A DNA stretch of 64,000 bases from Patellaria atrata CBS 101060 (lineage: Eukaryota): the NCBI GenBank assembly GCA_010093705.1, contig MU006091.1, positions 124,001-188,000 of the forward strand, read 5' to 3'. Below the pieces are notes generated by a model, which searched no databases, was not told where the DNA came from, and saw only the letters and a list, made by a program, of their open reading frames with translations. A program made the position numbers and the translations under genes. Below, piece by piece: positions 11,549-21,952 of the stretch; the first letter of the stretch is position 1, and each line of letters starts with the position of its first letter.

Positions 11549-12082
11549 ATGGCCAATATGCAAGTAGTTCTCTATAACCCAGCGATCACGGCTGCCGCTC
11601 ACGCGAACCGCAACCCGGTTCTACTTGTAACACAGCAGCAATTGGCTCCGTGGTGTCACAGCCCACAGAATAGAGCACTTCTGGCCGTCGGTGGAGGTGT
11701 TGATGTTGAGTTCGTACGCGACTCTATCACACCCGAGCAGATTGGATCTCATAGGCAGTCATATGTCAATGGGATTCTTATCCAGTCTCGTGGAGGTGAT
11801 GTTGATCCTTGTGCGGCTTGTCGTACGAGAGATTTCCGTCCCTTCCTTAGTTGTCACCGCGCTGAGGGACACTTTGGCGGAACATGCGCCAACTGCAAAT
11901 GGCGCGACCATGCAGCACGCTGTTCCGTACGAGCTGGTGGTCCAGATGAGCCTGCTCAAGGAGCCAGGGTGCTTGGACCTGGTTCAGGGGTTGACGGAGC
12001 TGACGGCACCGCCCCTGGGAATGCTATTGTGCTGGACGACGATGAGGGGCTTCCTCCCCAAAATGCTATAATCATTGGTTGA
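11549..12082 (+). CDS. Transposon cargo gene: 177-aa DUF3716-like six-cysteine (putative zinc-binding) protein
   Basis: QSRG...PCAAC-x10-C-x10-CANC-x8-CSV matches the DUF3716 pattern as I remember it (PF.SC...GHFGG.CANC); ORF lies wholly between the TIRs and converges on the transposase. Confidence 0.8.
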   Translation: MANMQVVLYNPAITAAAHANRNPVLLVTQQQLAPWCHSPQNRALLAVGGGVDVEFVRDSITPEQIGSHRQSYVNGILIQSRGGDVDPCAACRTRDFRPFLSCHRAEGHFGGTCANCKWRDHAARCSVRAGGPDEPAQGARVLGPGSGVDGADGTAPGNAIVLDDDEGLPPQNAIIIG

Positions 12083-12219
12083 GCAGAGCTTCGTACGAAG
12101 TATTCTTTGGCGTTTGAGCGTTCTGGCGTTTCGGTGTTCTGCTTTGCCTAGCTATCCAGGGCTGTTGGTAGCACTCAGACGTGATCTGTACCTTTACGTG
12201 TGTCTGAGATCAGTAGCCA

Positions 12220-14322
12220 TTAGGTGAAACTAAACAGATCGTACGGACCTTTCAATAAATTCTTTTGTTTTGCCCAATGTTTAAGACATTCAGTATGTTC
12301 TAACTCTCTTGAACTTAAGCGTGATCTTTCCCATGGTACCGTACGACGAGCTGCTGAAAACACTCGTTCTGGTTCATCGCTCATTGCTGGAATTGAGAGG
12401 ATCTCAATTGCAAGTATAGATAATCGTGGAAACCGAGCTCTTTGAGTATCAGTTAACCACCATTTAATAGGTGAAATGTCCCCAATATCGTACGGATCTT
12501 GGTTGATATAGTCTTCAAACTCATCTCCACTTAAGGGAGCCTTATTAAACCACTCAATTTGATTAAGAACACGTTCAAAATCAGTCATATTCTCAGGTGG
12601 AGTTCTTCTCTTTTCTTCGTACGATGCTGATAACGGTACTGAACAGGTTTTACTCCATTTTTCCCAGTATAATCTAGCAAGCTTAATCATCTGCTCGCCT
12701 TTCCCTCTTTCCTTCTTCCAACCTTCCCTAATAAGCTTTGTACGATAGTAAGGAGTAAAGATTGTCGCAAGAATATGGCAAGGTGAGGTAAGAAGTGTAG
12801 AATAATACTTCTCAAAAAGCTGTAAAGCTTTATGAAGCTGAGGTCCAAAGTCTTTCTTATATATACGTTCATACTTTCTTAAAAGAATATCAAAACCAAG
12901 CATTGTACGAAGTGTCATACCGAATGTTAGAGAATGGCCTTGATTTAGAAGCGTTGCCTCATAAAAAGGGCGAAGAATTGTATGGATCGTACGAAGCTTT
13001 TCCCAATCTTTATGCGAAAGAGAATCTTCTTCAAGATCACTATACCATCTCTTAACATACGAGTCAATTTCTTCTTCTTTACTTAGCGCAATATCTATCA
13101 TGATATACCAGCTATTCCATCTCGTACGATTATCAAGTGGAATCATTCTCTCTGCTCTTGTGGTAAAATCTTTCAAATGACGTGTAGAGCTTCGAATATG
13201 AACTATAATATTATGAAGCTTTCCAAGTGGCCCTACCGTACGGAAGGTTGACTGTCTCTGCTTTCTTAAGCTGGCTTGTCTTATCTCATATTCCTCTGTT
13301 GATACTTCAAGTGTAAGACTACTTAGCCCTTGAGATTCAGTCTGTTCCTCAGCGTCGTACGACTCAAGTAAGTCTAAGTCTATTGTACCTGCAAAGAGAA
13401 AGGTTTGTACAACCAAGTTAATAATATGGCCTATACATCGAATTCTTTGAGATGAATAGTCCCATATCAGCTCTTGACTCTCTTGAAGATATTGACTAAG
13501 TAACTGGCAAAGCTTATCATTCGTGGAAGCATTATCACCAATAATAGTACCAAGCCTTCGTACGATACCATAGTCTTGAAGAACTGGAAGAAGTATCTCA
13601 AGTTGTTCACTAGATGAATGGTTTCCTACTTCTTTAAGACCAAGTAATGCTCTTTGAGGTATCTCCTCCGTACGATCAATGAAATGCGCGATAATACCAA
13701 GAAGAAGTATCCGATTTGGAGAAGTCCAGATATCAAGTGAGATATGGATGTTTGCAGGCGCTGATTGAAGTTGTTTTCGTACGAGATCTTTTTGGAAAGA
13801 GAAAGAAGCTGTAATTCTTTTTGAAATTGTTGAGTGTGAAGATGGAATAAAGCTCTCTGACTGCGGGTTAAGAGCTAGACAAAATGCGCGAAATTCAGGC
13901 CATTCAATCATACGGAAGGGGAGTCTTCGTACGGTAAGTAGTTGAGATAGCGCTTTATCAATAATATTTTGATTAAGAATCTTTTGTAAGACCAGCTGAT
14001 CCAGCTCATTTAATCCAGTATGCTCGCTTGACCGGTAAAGATCTAATAGTCCTTGGAAAGCGTCTTCCCCTATCTTCGTACGAGGCTCTTCTAAAGCTAT
14101 ATTGTGTGTTTTAAGAAGATGCTTCTTAAATTTTGTACTAATTGTTGTATTATATGAACAATTATATTTACACTGATAGAGAGGCTTGTTTTGATCGTTT
14201 CGTGGAGGGTCTCCTATAGTTTGTATACGCGTATGTTTCCAAAGAAGGGATCTTGTTGGTCGTACGATAGTAGATGATGGTTCTGAGGTAAAACTTATTA
14301 TTGAATCAATTTCAGAAGCCAT
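12220..14322 (-). CDS. hAT transposase, 700 aa, apparently intact
   Basis: BED-like finger (YQCKYNC...KHLLKTH), ISLDIWTS, IIGDNASTND, RCIGHIINL, TRWNSW, C-terminal dimerisation motif SIPAMSDEPERVFS. Confidence 0.96.
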   Translation of the reverse strand: MASEIDSIISFTSEPSSTIVRPTRSLLWKHTRIQTIGDPPRNDQNKPLYQCKYNCSYNTTISTKFKKHLLKTHNIALEEPRTKIGEDAFQGLLDLYRSSEHTGLNELDQLVLQKILNQNIIDKALSQLLTVRRLPFRMIEWPEFRAFCLALNPQSESFIPSSHSTISKRITASFSFQKDLVRKQLQSAPANIHISLDIWTSPNRILLLGIIAHFIDRTEEIPQRALLGLKEVGNHSSSEQLEILLPVLQDYGIVRRLGTIIGDNASTNDKLCQLLSQYLQESQELIWDYSSQRIRCIGHIINLVVQTFLFAGTIDLDLLESYDAEEQTESQGLSSLTLEVSTEEYEIRQASLRKQRQSTFRTVGPLGKLHNIIVHIRSSTRHLKDFTTRAERMIPLDNRTRWNSWYIMIDIALSKEEEIDSYVKRWYSDLEEDSLSHKDWEKLRTIHTILRPFYEATLLNQGHSLTFGMTLRTMLGFDILLRKYERIYKKDFGPQLHKALQLFEKYYSTLLTSPCHILATIFTPYYRTKLIREGWKKERGKGEQMIKLARLYWEKWSKTCSVPLSASYEEKRRTPPENMTDFERVLNQIEWFNKAPLSGDEFEDYINQDPYDIGDISPIKWWLTDTQRARFPRLSILAIEILSIPAMSDEPERVFSAARRTVPWERSRLSSRELEHTECLKHWAKQKNLLKGPYDLFSFT

Positions 14323-14490
14323 TATTTAGGAGAAGAACCACCTTATCGTACGTAAGGGTGACAAATTCTATTAAATTGTGGGTTTCGCTGTATTAAGCGA
14401 AGTATTGTTAAAGTATTATTAAGGTATTTATCGATATCGAGCCGATACAATACTAATCCGTATTCGATAGTTATCTAATACTAAAGTATT

Positions 14491-14503
14491 GTTGGCCACA
14501 CTG
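14491..14503 (-). repeat. Right terminal inverted repeat of the hAT element (followed by TSD AGGTGCGG at 14504-14511)
   Basis: GTTGGCCACACTG. Confidence 0.96.
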
Positions 14504-14749
14504 AGGTGCGGTCACCAAAGGTGCACGGGCCATATGCAGCTGAGAGTGAGCTTCCCCTCAATATTTTTGTGCAAGAGATATTCACAATAATTTAACTGGT
14601 AGATAAAGACTGTTACTAATTAATCGTCTTCACGATCGTCCACCACAAAACTCCCACCATATCATAGGTTCCGATGATGTAACAATCAAGAATAAGAACT
14701 AGACACACTTGACCTCGGTCCGTTTTCACCTCTCCTTCATCCCATTCAG

Positions 14750-15164
14750 TTAGATATTAGCACCTGTCGTAGCTGGGCCAGCAGAAATAGCTGTCGCGCT
14801 TGTCGCAGCAAGCACTACGCAGCATTGTATGTCTGCTCCACCAGGGCAGTAACCCCTGAATATCATCAGTGAAATCATTCCTTTACGTAAATCTCTTTCC
14901 CAATCCTCATACTTTTGGAAAAATATGCCACCAAACTCCTGAATAGGAAATATCAACTTACTGGAAGAAAGCTCCATTGGGACATCCCATTGCCGTTGTT
15001 CTACACGTACCTCCCGGCGTACCGGGAGGATAACAGACGATTCCCGCGGGCGTGGGTGATGGGGTAGCGAGGACATCAGAAGTAACCACAGCGGTACGCT
15101 GTGGTGCCGCAGTAGAAAAACCGCCAAAGATGCATATTGCTAGATAAAGACTGCTCTTATGCAT
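14750..15164 (-). CDS. Small secreted 6-Cys protein (about 100 aa); intron 14856-14961
   Basis: Signal peptide MHKSSLYLAICIFGGFSTA; splicing GTAAGT..TTCAG gives CYPPGTPGGTCRTTAMGCPNGAFFQGYCPGGADIQCC. Confidence 0.75.
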
Positions 15165-18100
15165 GTCTGGCTATCGAACGTGACTTAGAATAGCGATGTG
15201 AGAACTGACCAAGATCCGAAGGAGAAAATGGACGTGAATGATGTAGAGCGGAAGGGAAAGGAGTAGTGGTTCGATTTTTAGATCGCTGAGCAATGAGCGT
15301 CCTCACGGGTTTTCATATACTTCAGTAGAGACAAAGGCTGATAATTACCTATACGGTTTAGCACATTGAAAGCTGTCCAAAGGTAATGCGCTTACCTTTT
15401 CGATCTCAACTTGCATTGCAAGGCGTGACTTTGTATCACCTCTTACCGCCTTCGAGTCGAATAGTTTGATAATGACTAACTTGTCAGACTCAGGCGTATG
15501 AGCTTTTCTAGGTCTGACAAACCTGTACTCATAATATAACAATCAAAAGCGGTACTCTTGCTTGAAGAATGTTCAACTAACTCCTTATTCCTCATTTAGT
15601 CTTAGATTCCACAGGCTGGAATGAATTACTGAAAAACTACTATCATTGAGTACACAGAAAGGAATGAGAGTATATACTCTCAGAGAGCAATAGATGCACT
15701 TCGAAAAAAGAACAAAAAGGATATATCAGTTGAAAATGAATGACAAAAGAAGCTTGTGCGAGGTTCTAGGAAACGTTCCACATTACCCCTCAATATTGCT
15801 TTGGCCTTGTTGTACAGAATTCCGCGATTGAACCCTTACGATCTTAGGTTGTATAGAATCTAGTTATTCAGTTAACGTACGAGCTACTTCTTTCACTAAT
15901 ACCACATGAAGATGAGCTAGACCACCCCAGTTAGGAGCTTTTTTTGGTTAAAGACTCAATAGAGGAACGCAAAAAGTGTGACTAGAAGACTAACATAAAG
16001 TTGATAGTGTCGTAAAGTGGAATCCTATGCTCCTGTATGTAGAATGACGGAGTACTAAAGCATTCTTCATTTTTGCTCGCCTAATAGCTTCGGAAGAGGG
16101 GGTATATTACCGTGATATCAAATACATCTCTAGACGTAACTTTTGAAACGGAGATGGTGAGAAAGGGATGTCAGAGATAAGTACTAAGTAATTCCCCTCT
16201 TTGGCGTTTGTTGTAGTTCAGGTTCCCTACGCAACATAGTTTTTCAAGGGAACTCTCTCTCCTACGCTTCGCCTAGCGCTTCTATATTATCAGGGTCAAT
16301 TTCGTGCCTACGACGGGTATACGTTGTGGTTTGAGGTCAGTCCGTGAAAATTGCTGTCTTTACCCTGTATGCTTCCTCGTAACCTAATCAACGGGCTACC
16401 ATGTCGCACAATCGTGTTAAATAAATTCAGAATAAGAGAGTTTTTTCGTCTGTCATGTTCAGTTGTTCGATCGGATTCCATATGATGTAGTGAGAAAGCG
16501 GGAATTGTTATTAAGCATTGTAGATCGGCAAACCCAGGGACCTTAGCCCATGCCCCTTTTTCTGTTGGTACGGCGTCGGCTGCTGCGCCAATATTGGCGT
16601 CTAGTTGAGAAAATGATAGGATAGGAAGACTTCCGGCGTTTGTACTAAAGCAAGCACACATTAACTCAACGTCTGTGCTCAGAACTTTTTACCAACCTCA
16701 GCTCAATTATAATCCACTGTTATCCTGATCACCTTGCCATCTCAGAATCTCTTCGACGTCTTCGTCTTTTCTTGAGAGGATCATGGCCCAATTCAATGGA
16801 TTTGTGTGGCACTGATAAGATCAAACGGTTGTTCACGGCCAGCGATTTCAGTCAAATTAATATGTAGGTGTTCTGCCTGGCGATATTGTGCTTTGGTGAC
16901 ATGAATCAGTTTTTCAGTCGGACATTGCCGCGCTGGTTGCTTTCCCCACCTGTTCTTGTCCTTCGGCCGCAGAGACACGGTACCGGCGATGCCGTTACCA
17001 TCTCGTTACGTTCCTCGAGGCGTGGATGAGCGTCAAGCCAGCATGAAGGCAGAACCTTTGTGAGATCTCCCCTTGTTGCGGTTGTCGCTTCTAGGTTGTT
17101 TTACGGATCCGTACCTCCGCCAGTATCCTAGGGAATCTGAAGCGTCGGTACCTCTTCCAGCCAGGTATAGTTTAAGGTCCGTACAGATCTGTACAGTTAG
17201 CCGCATTGTATGGAGAGTCAAGACTCCTGTCAAGAACCATTGTATAGTAGTCTAGGGATGCCAGAATGAGTGATTAGAATTTTGCTCTCTTTTCAGGAAT
17301 ACACCTTTTCCTTTCTAGGATCCCGCCCATCAGTCATTGTACTGTACACTTTGTTCCTAGCAGTAGTATACTCCCATATGGATATAGGTAATCCTACGAA
17401 TGATTCAAGACTAAATTCGGACAACCTGCTAATAATTAGCAATCGGCTAAGCAAGATTCTCTGATGTGGTTTACTCTGGAATGTGGGCTTCATTCATTTA
17501 CACGTGATTGGGCAAACAACATCTTTAAAGAATCAAGTTCCTCCATATCCATAGGATCAGTAGAAACCAGGGTGATCTTAAGCATAATGTGCAGGTCACG
17601 TCATGGGATCATGGGACAACGGAAGCTTCACGGGCAAGGACTCCCATATGTAGGCACTTGAACTCTCTACATCACTCGGCGGGGAACTCGTGAGAGAGGG
17701 TCTTCCTTTGGAGGCGCCGCAATGAAGAGACGGAATACCATTTAGCTTTTCCTGTCCTTTCAGGATGACACGCCCGTCCACAACATATTCGAGAACAGCT
17801 TCCCAAGAGAATCACCGTGAAACATTGATAATCCTCAAGAGGAATGTGCCTACCTCAATGAGCCCTCCTCAAAGAAGCCACGAATCATACAGTGCGGACA
17901 ACTACTATCAATCACATATAACTATTGCTTTTCCTGTGGATCAGGAATCCTTTCGAGATAAGAATCAAGGTCATGTTGGGGTTACTTCGTATGTCGGTAA
18001 CCAACCAGGACGACTAGACGACTTTGACATAAAGGAACCACCCCATGATAAGCGATCAGTCGCTCACCCCCGGAGGGCTCTGCTTCCATAACGACTTGAA

Positions 18101-18494
18101 GTCTCTACAATGTTATCGCTTTCTCCCTCTATTTGGACTTCTCGCAGGTAGTGTGATATCTGTGCCCCATAACTATGCCTCGCCATCACCCTTTTTCTTT
18201 CAGACTGTGCCACTCAAAAGAAGGCAACATTATTCTGGAAAGAGGATTCACAATGGAAATGAATGTCGTTCTTTCTCGTCATAATGTATGATTCTTAGGA
18301 AGCACTCAGAGACGCTACGCTTGAGGCCGCTTCTATAGGTGTATAAAGCTCATCCGTCATCCTCCACTAGCAGTACTATTATTCAATAACCATCGGGAAC
18401 AATTTAGATATCGCCACCTCAACCTTTAATACTCTTCTCGCCTGAAACATCCATACATCTACTACAACATATTTTCCACTATTACTCTTCTATC

Positions 18495-18847
18495 ATGCAA
18501 TCCGCACTTACTACGAGATCGTAAGTCGTGGAGACTCTGATTATAGAGAACATAACTGACAGAGTAGACTTCGAGAGCCACCACAACCTTGTCCTTATGG
18601 TTGCGGTGATTCTAGCTGCAAAGGGGAATGTCGTGGACGTAGATTCCCCTTGGCGAACAATAATATCAGAGAGGAGATGATTGTGTGGGACAGAGAACCC
18701 CCAGCTCCTTGCCCATTCGGATGCGGTTCTACTAGCTGCAACGGGTACTGTCGTGAGCTCGAGGACTACGCTATCGACCCATTATATTCCTCCGTCGAGC
18801 CTTCCATGAAGCCTAGGGTCGGTCCCCTAGATCCTATAACGGTATAA
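18495..18847 (+). CDS. Small non-secreted protein (about 100 aa) with two copies of a Cys4 motif; intron 18521-18567
   Basis: TATAAA near 18342; ATG at 18495; GTAAGT..CTGAC..TAG intron restores frame; repeats REPPQPCPYGCGDSSCKGECR and REPPAPCPFGCGSTSCNGYCR. Confidence 0.7.
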
Positions 18848-21800
18848 CCTCGTAAGTTCCCCCAATTTATTCGTCCATGAAAGTATTAGTTTCCAGTGTC
18901 GACCTTTGAACAGCTCAAAGTGTTAACCTAATCCATACAGGAGTATTAGATATCACGAGTCTTGGCGTACCAGCCCCAACTAAGCCGCAAGCGCCACACC
19001 TAGTGGCACTACCATGATGTCTGCAGGTGTGCAACTACCTTACCTTAAGGACCTCAGCTTTTACTCGTTGATTGGATACTACCGCATCTTTACATCCTTT
19101 ATGTTTCTACAAATCATCTTTTCCGTCGTTCCTTATAATAAATATTCGTGCCGTATTTTGGAGGTCTGTCTGGAATTTGCTTGTACTGTACACTACAATG
19201 TACTTCGCCTCTTGCTTTCAACATTGGTGGCAAATTCCTTTACTACCTGTTTTATACCTCAAACAATGAAATCATGTACTGTTATTTCTTTCTCTTGACT
19301 TCAATTGTACCTCTCTCTTGACGTGTCACCTTCGATAGTCACGATCATCCTCGGTAGCACCTCATATATATATCACACTACTACAGTTGTTCAGGATCCC
19401 ACATGTGCGAAAGCGAGAGTACCTCGTGATCAGATTATAATAGATCATGAGTGATACTTTGGCTCTCGACTTTTTGAACATGAGCTAAGCTATTCCCTTC
19501 CATGCGACCTTTACGCCAGCATACGCAGAAGAAATTTAGAATAGCTCCTAGTGGAACGACCTTCTTAGTCTACAATATGTTCCTCTTTCGAGTCTCGACT
19601 TCCCTGCATCAAAAGAAGGCGTAGCATCCTTTGATTATCGTGACACTACCGACCTATCCTTTAGAGCTTGAAGATGCTACCACAGAGATTGACACTCGAT
19701 CAGGAATCGTGTTCCAATCAACCAGGCTGATTTTGGTGTGTCAACAATTTTGCCACCCATCGACGTTATATTTTTCTATATCTGCTCTAGGTCAGTCCTT
19801 ATTTTCTCTGGGCGTGTCAATATTCTATGTAAGGCCAAACGAAGATCAGGTGCACGACCCAAAAAGCGGCTTAAGACAACCCAGATTAGCGCTGTCAATC
19901 TCTGCGGTAGCATCTTCAAGTTCTAAAGGGATAGTATCATACCTGTAGAGCTTCTATAGCTTCAGCCATTTTCAAAGGGATTAGACCACAGAATCGATCT
20001 ACAGTCGTCGGTATATGTTCATGGTAGACTCCTGAAAACTGGAGATCGTGGGTTTGGGGTTACGTGTCCGGGTGCATGTATAGCAAACGTACAAAGACCG
20101 AGAAGCCGCGACCATGACGAAGAAAGAAGTGGAATGTTTTCAATAAGGAATCGGAAGAGATTGAGCAGTCCAAAGAGCCAGCCGGACCAGAAGCAGCATT
20201 ATAAACCCACACACTAACAGGTCAATGTCAAATGTCAATTAGACAAGAATGCGTGACAAAGGAAGGGGAAGGTACATAGCTTAATGTGGGAAGTTCCTTG
20301 CACAATTGGTTATTGAGGAGAGGTATCTTCTAGGTATCCGTTCAAAGAAATTTATCACACACTATTCCAGGGCTTATTTCAAAGGAGGATTAGTATACCG
20401 GGAAACTCCATCGGAGAACTAATGTGTTCGATCTTTCTTTTCAATCTCTAAAAATCCGAAGTAGAACAAGAGGCCGACTTCACTCTAAAGGTCTCCGTTC
20501 CAATGTCTCCTCCTTTAGCGGAGTCTCCTATAAAATCGGAACGAGCTATCTGGTAAAGACAGCCCAGAGAAAATTGGGATGGAGATAGAACAATAACAAA
20601 GATTACGGCCAGAGGAATAGGAATATCCATAAGAGAGCATCACCCGATATGAGAACCTTCTAGAGCGCCCAGAAATATATCGGTTCTAGACGTAAGTTGG
20701 TTACGCATTCCTTGTATAGGCAAGGCTGACTATGCAACAACTAGATGTAAGGCTGACTTATGTTGCTTTACCACGTCGGATGGTCGGACCGTAAATTACC
20801 ATAACGCGCCTAGTTCTAAGTTCTAAACGCCTCTCTGCTTCATCGCGAGTTTAATGAATCCTTAGCTCTCATTTTCTCGTTAAATCTTGCATCTGTGGCT
20901 GCTTACATACTGGTTTTAGCTCCGACTTATAACTTCAAATTGAACCGCATAAGCTTTTCTCTTTTCATAAACTCTCCACCAACGTCAGAGAACTTGGGAA
21001 CATCTAATATGTGTTATCTTGGATCAGTTATTTTTACAGAATATCGGCGAATAAGATCCTTAAGGCATACATGAAAGATATCACAACTTACAAAGCGAAA
21101 AGATTACAGCAGATGGAACACCAGGACATTTAGAGATTAAAGTGAAGAATCTAAAGGAACAATTAAGATCTCTCTCAATTCTATCCCTCGGCGTTTCAGC
21201 TCGTTCGATTTATTCGTCTGAGCGAGGTTTCTTCAGTGGTAATTGCGTTCGCCTCGATGCAATGTAAAGAGCCACGTCGTATTCCGTCACTGATTGAGCA
21301 CAGTCACTGTTATGATGATATTCTTATAAAATCCTTTCCTTATACTAAGGCGATTAAATCGGCCCAATCGCGCCAATTACTGTATCGGGGGGGGGAGGGC
21401 GCACATCAACTTCCAACGCCTAGAATTCTTTCACTGTGCACTTGCTCCCGGACCTCTTCTGGTATGCTCATTGTCTATCTAAAGAAAGAGAATGAATTAA
21501 CAGGAAATATGCCTCGTAATCTCTCAACGTCCATCAATGTGCTCAGCTCATGATCATCCATGGTATGACCAGCGATCAAAGGATCCATCGAGCATACCTT
21601 GGGAGAGAAGATGTTGGAAAAACCACTCTGTCGGCGATCACTTTCCATCGGAGTCGCCGATGACACTATTGCCTGGACCAAAGGGACTAAGTTATGTCAG
21701 TCAATTCGGTCATCCAAGAGAGATCAACACACGGGGCCAGAGAATATGTGGCGCTTCACGATTTACAGTCGACGACGAGGTTGACTCGAACGAGACCAGA

Positions 21801-21952
21801 CTGTCCTCCTCAAGTATATAAGAGCGGTCCTGCCTCGCTTCGAAGTACATCCACCAGCAACAACAGTATCGACTTCAATACACATCTCATCACAACTTAT
21901 CAATTTTCAGAGATCTATCCATCTCCCAAAAACCCATCAAGACCCAGCCAAA

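Larger units (their letters stand above)
11235..14352. repeat. Dispersed, quasi-periodic palindromic motif CGTACG (consensus YCGTACGR), 21 perfect copies across the transposon
   Basis: Copies start at 11235, 11523, 11713, 11822, 11926, 12092, 12240, 12340, 12489, 12618, 12988, 13123, 13237, 13356, 13559, 13669, 13778, 13928, 14077, 14261, 14347. Confidence 0.93.
11054..14503 (-). mobile_element. Complete hAT-superfamily DNA transposon (3450 bp) with transposase and a convergent cargo gene
   Basis: TIR CAGTGTGGCCAAC at 11054-11066 and its reverse complement GTTGGCCACACTG at 14491-14503; identical 8-bp TSD AGGTGCGG at 11046-11053 and 14504-14511; hAT transposase inside; AT-richer than the flanking genes. 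Confidence 0.97.

Noticed and set aside
12670..13520. Several AAGCTT/CTTAAG palindromes in the transposase
   Set aside because: Plausibly explained by AT-richness and frequent AAG-CTT (Lys-Leu) codons; not evenly spread like CGTACG
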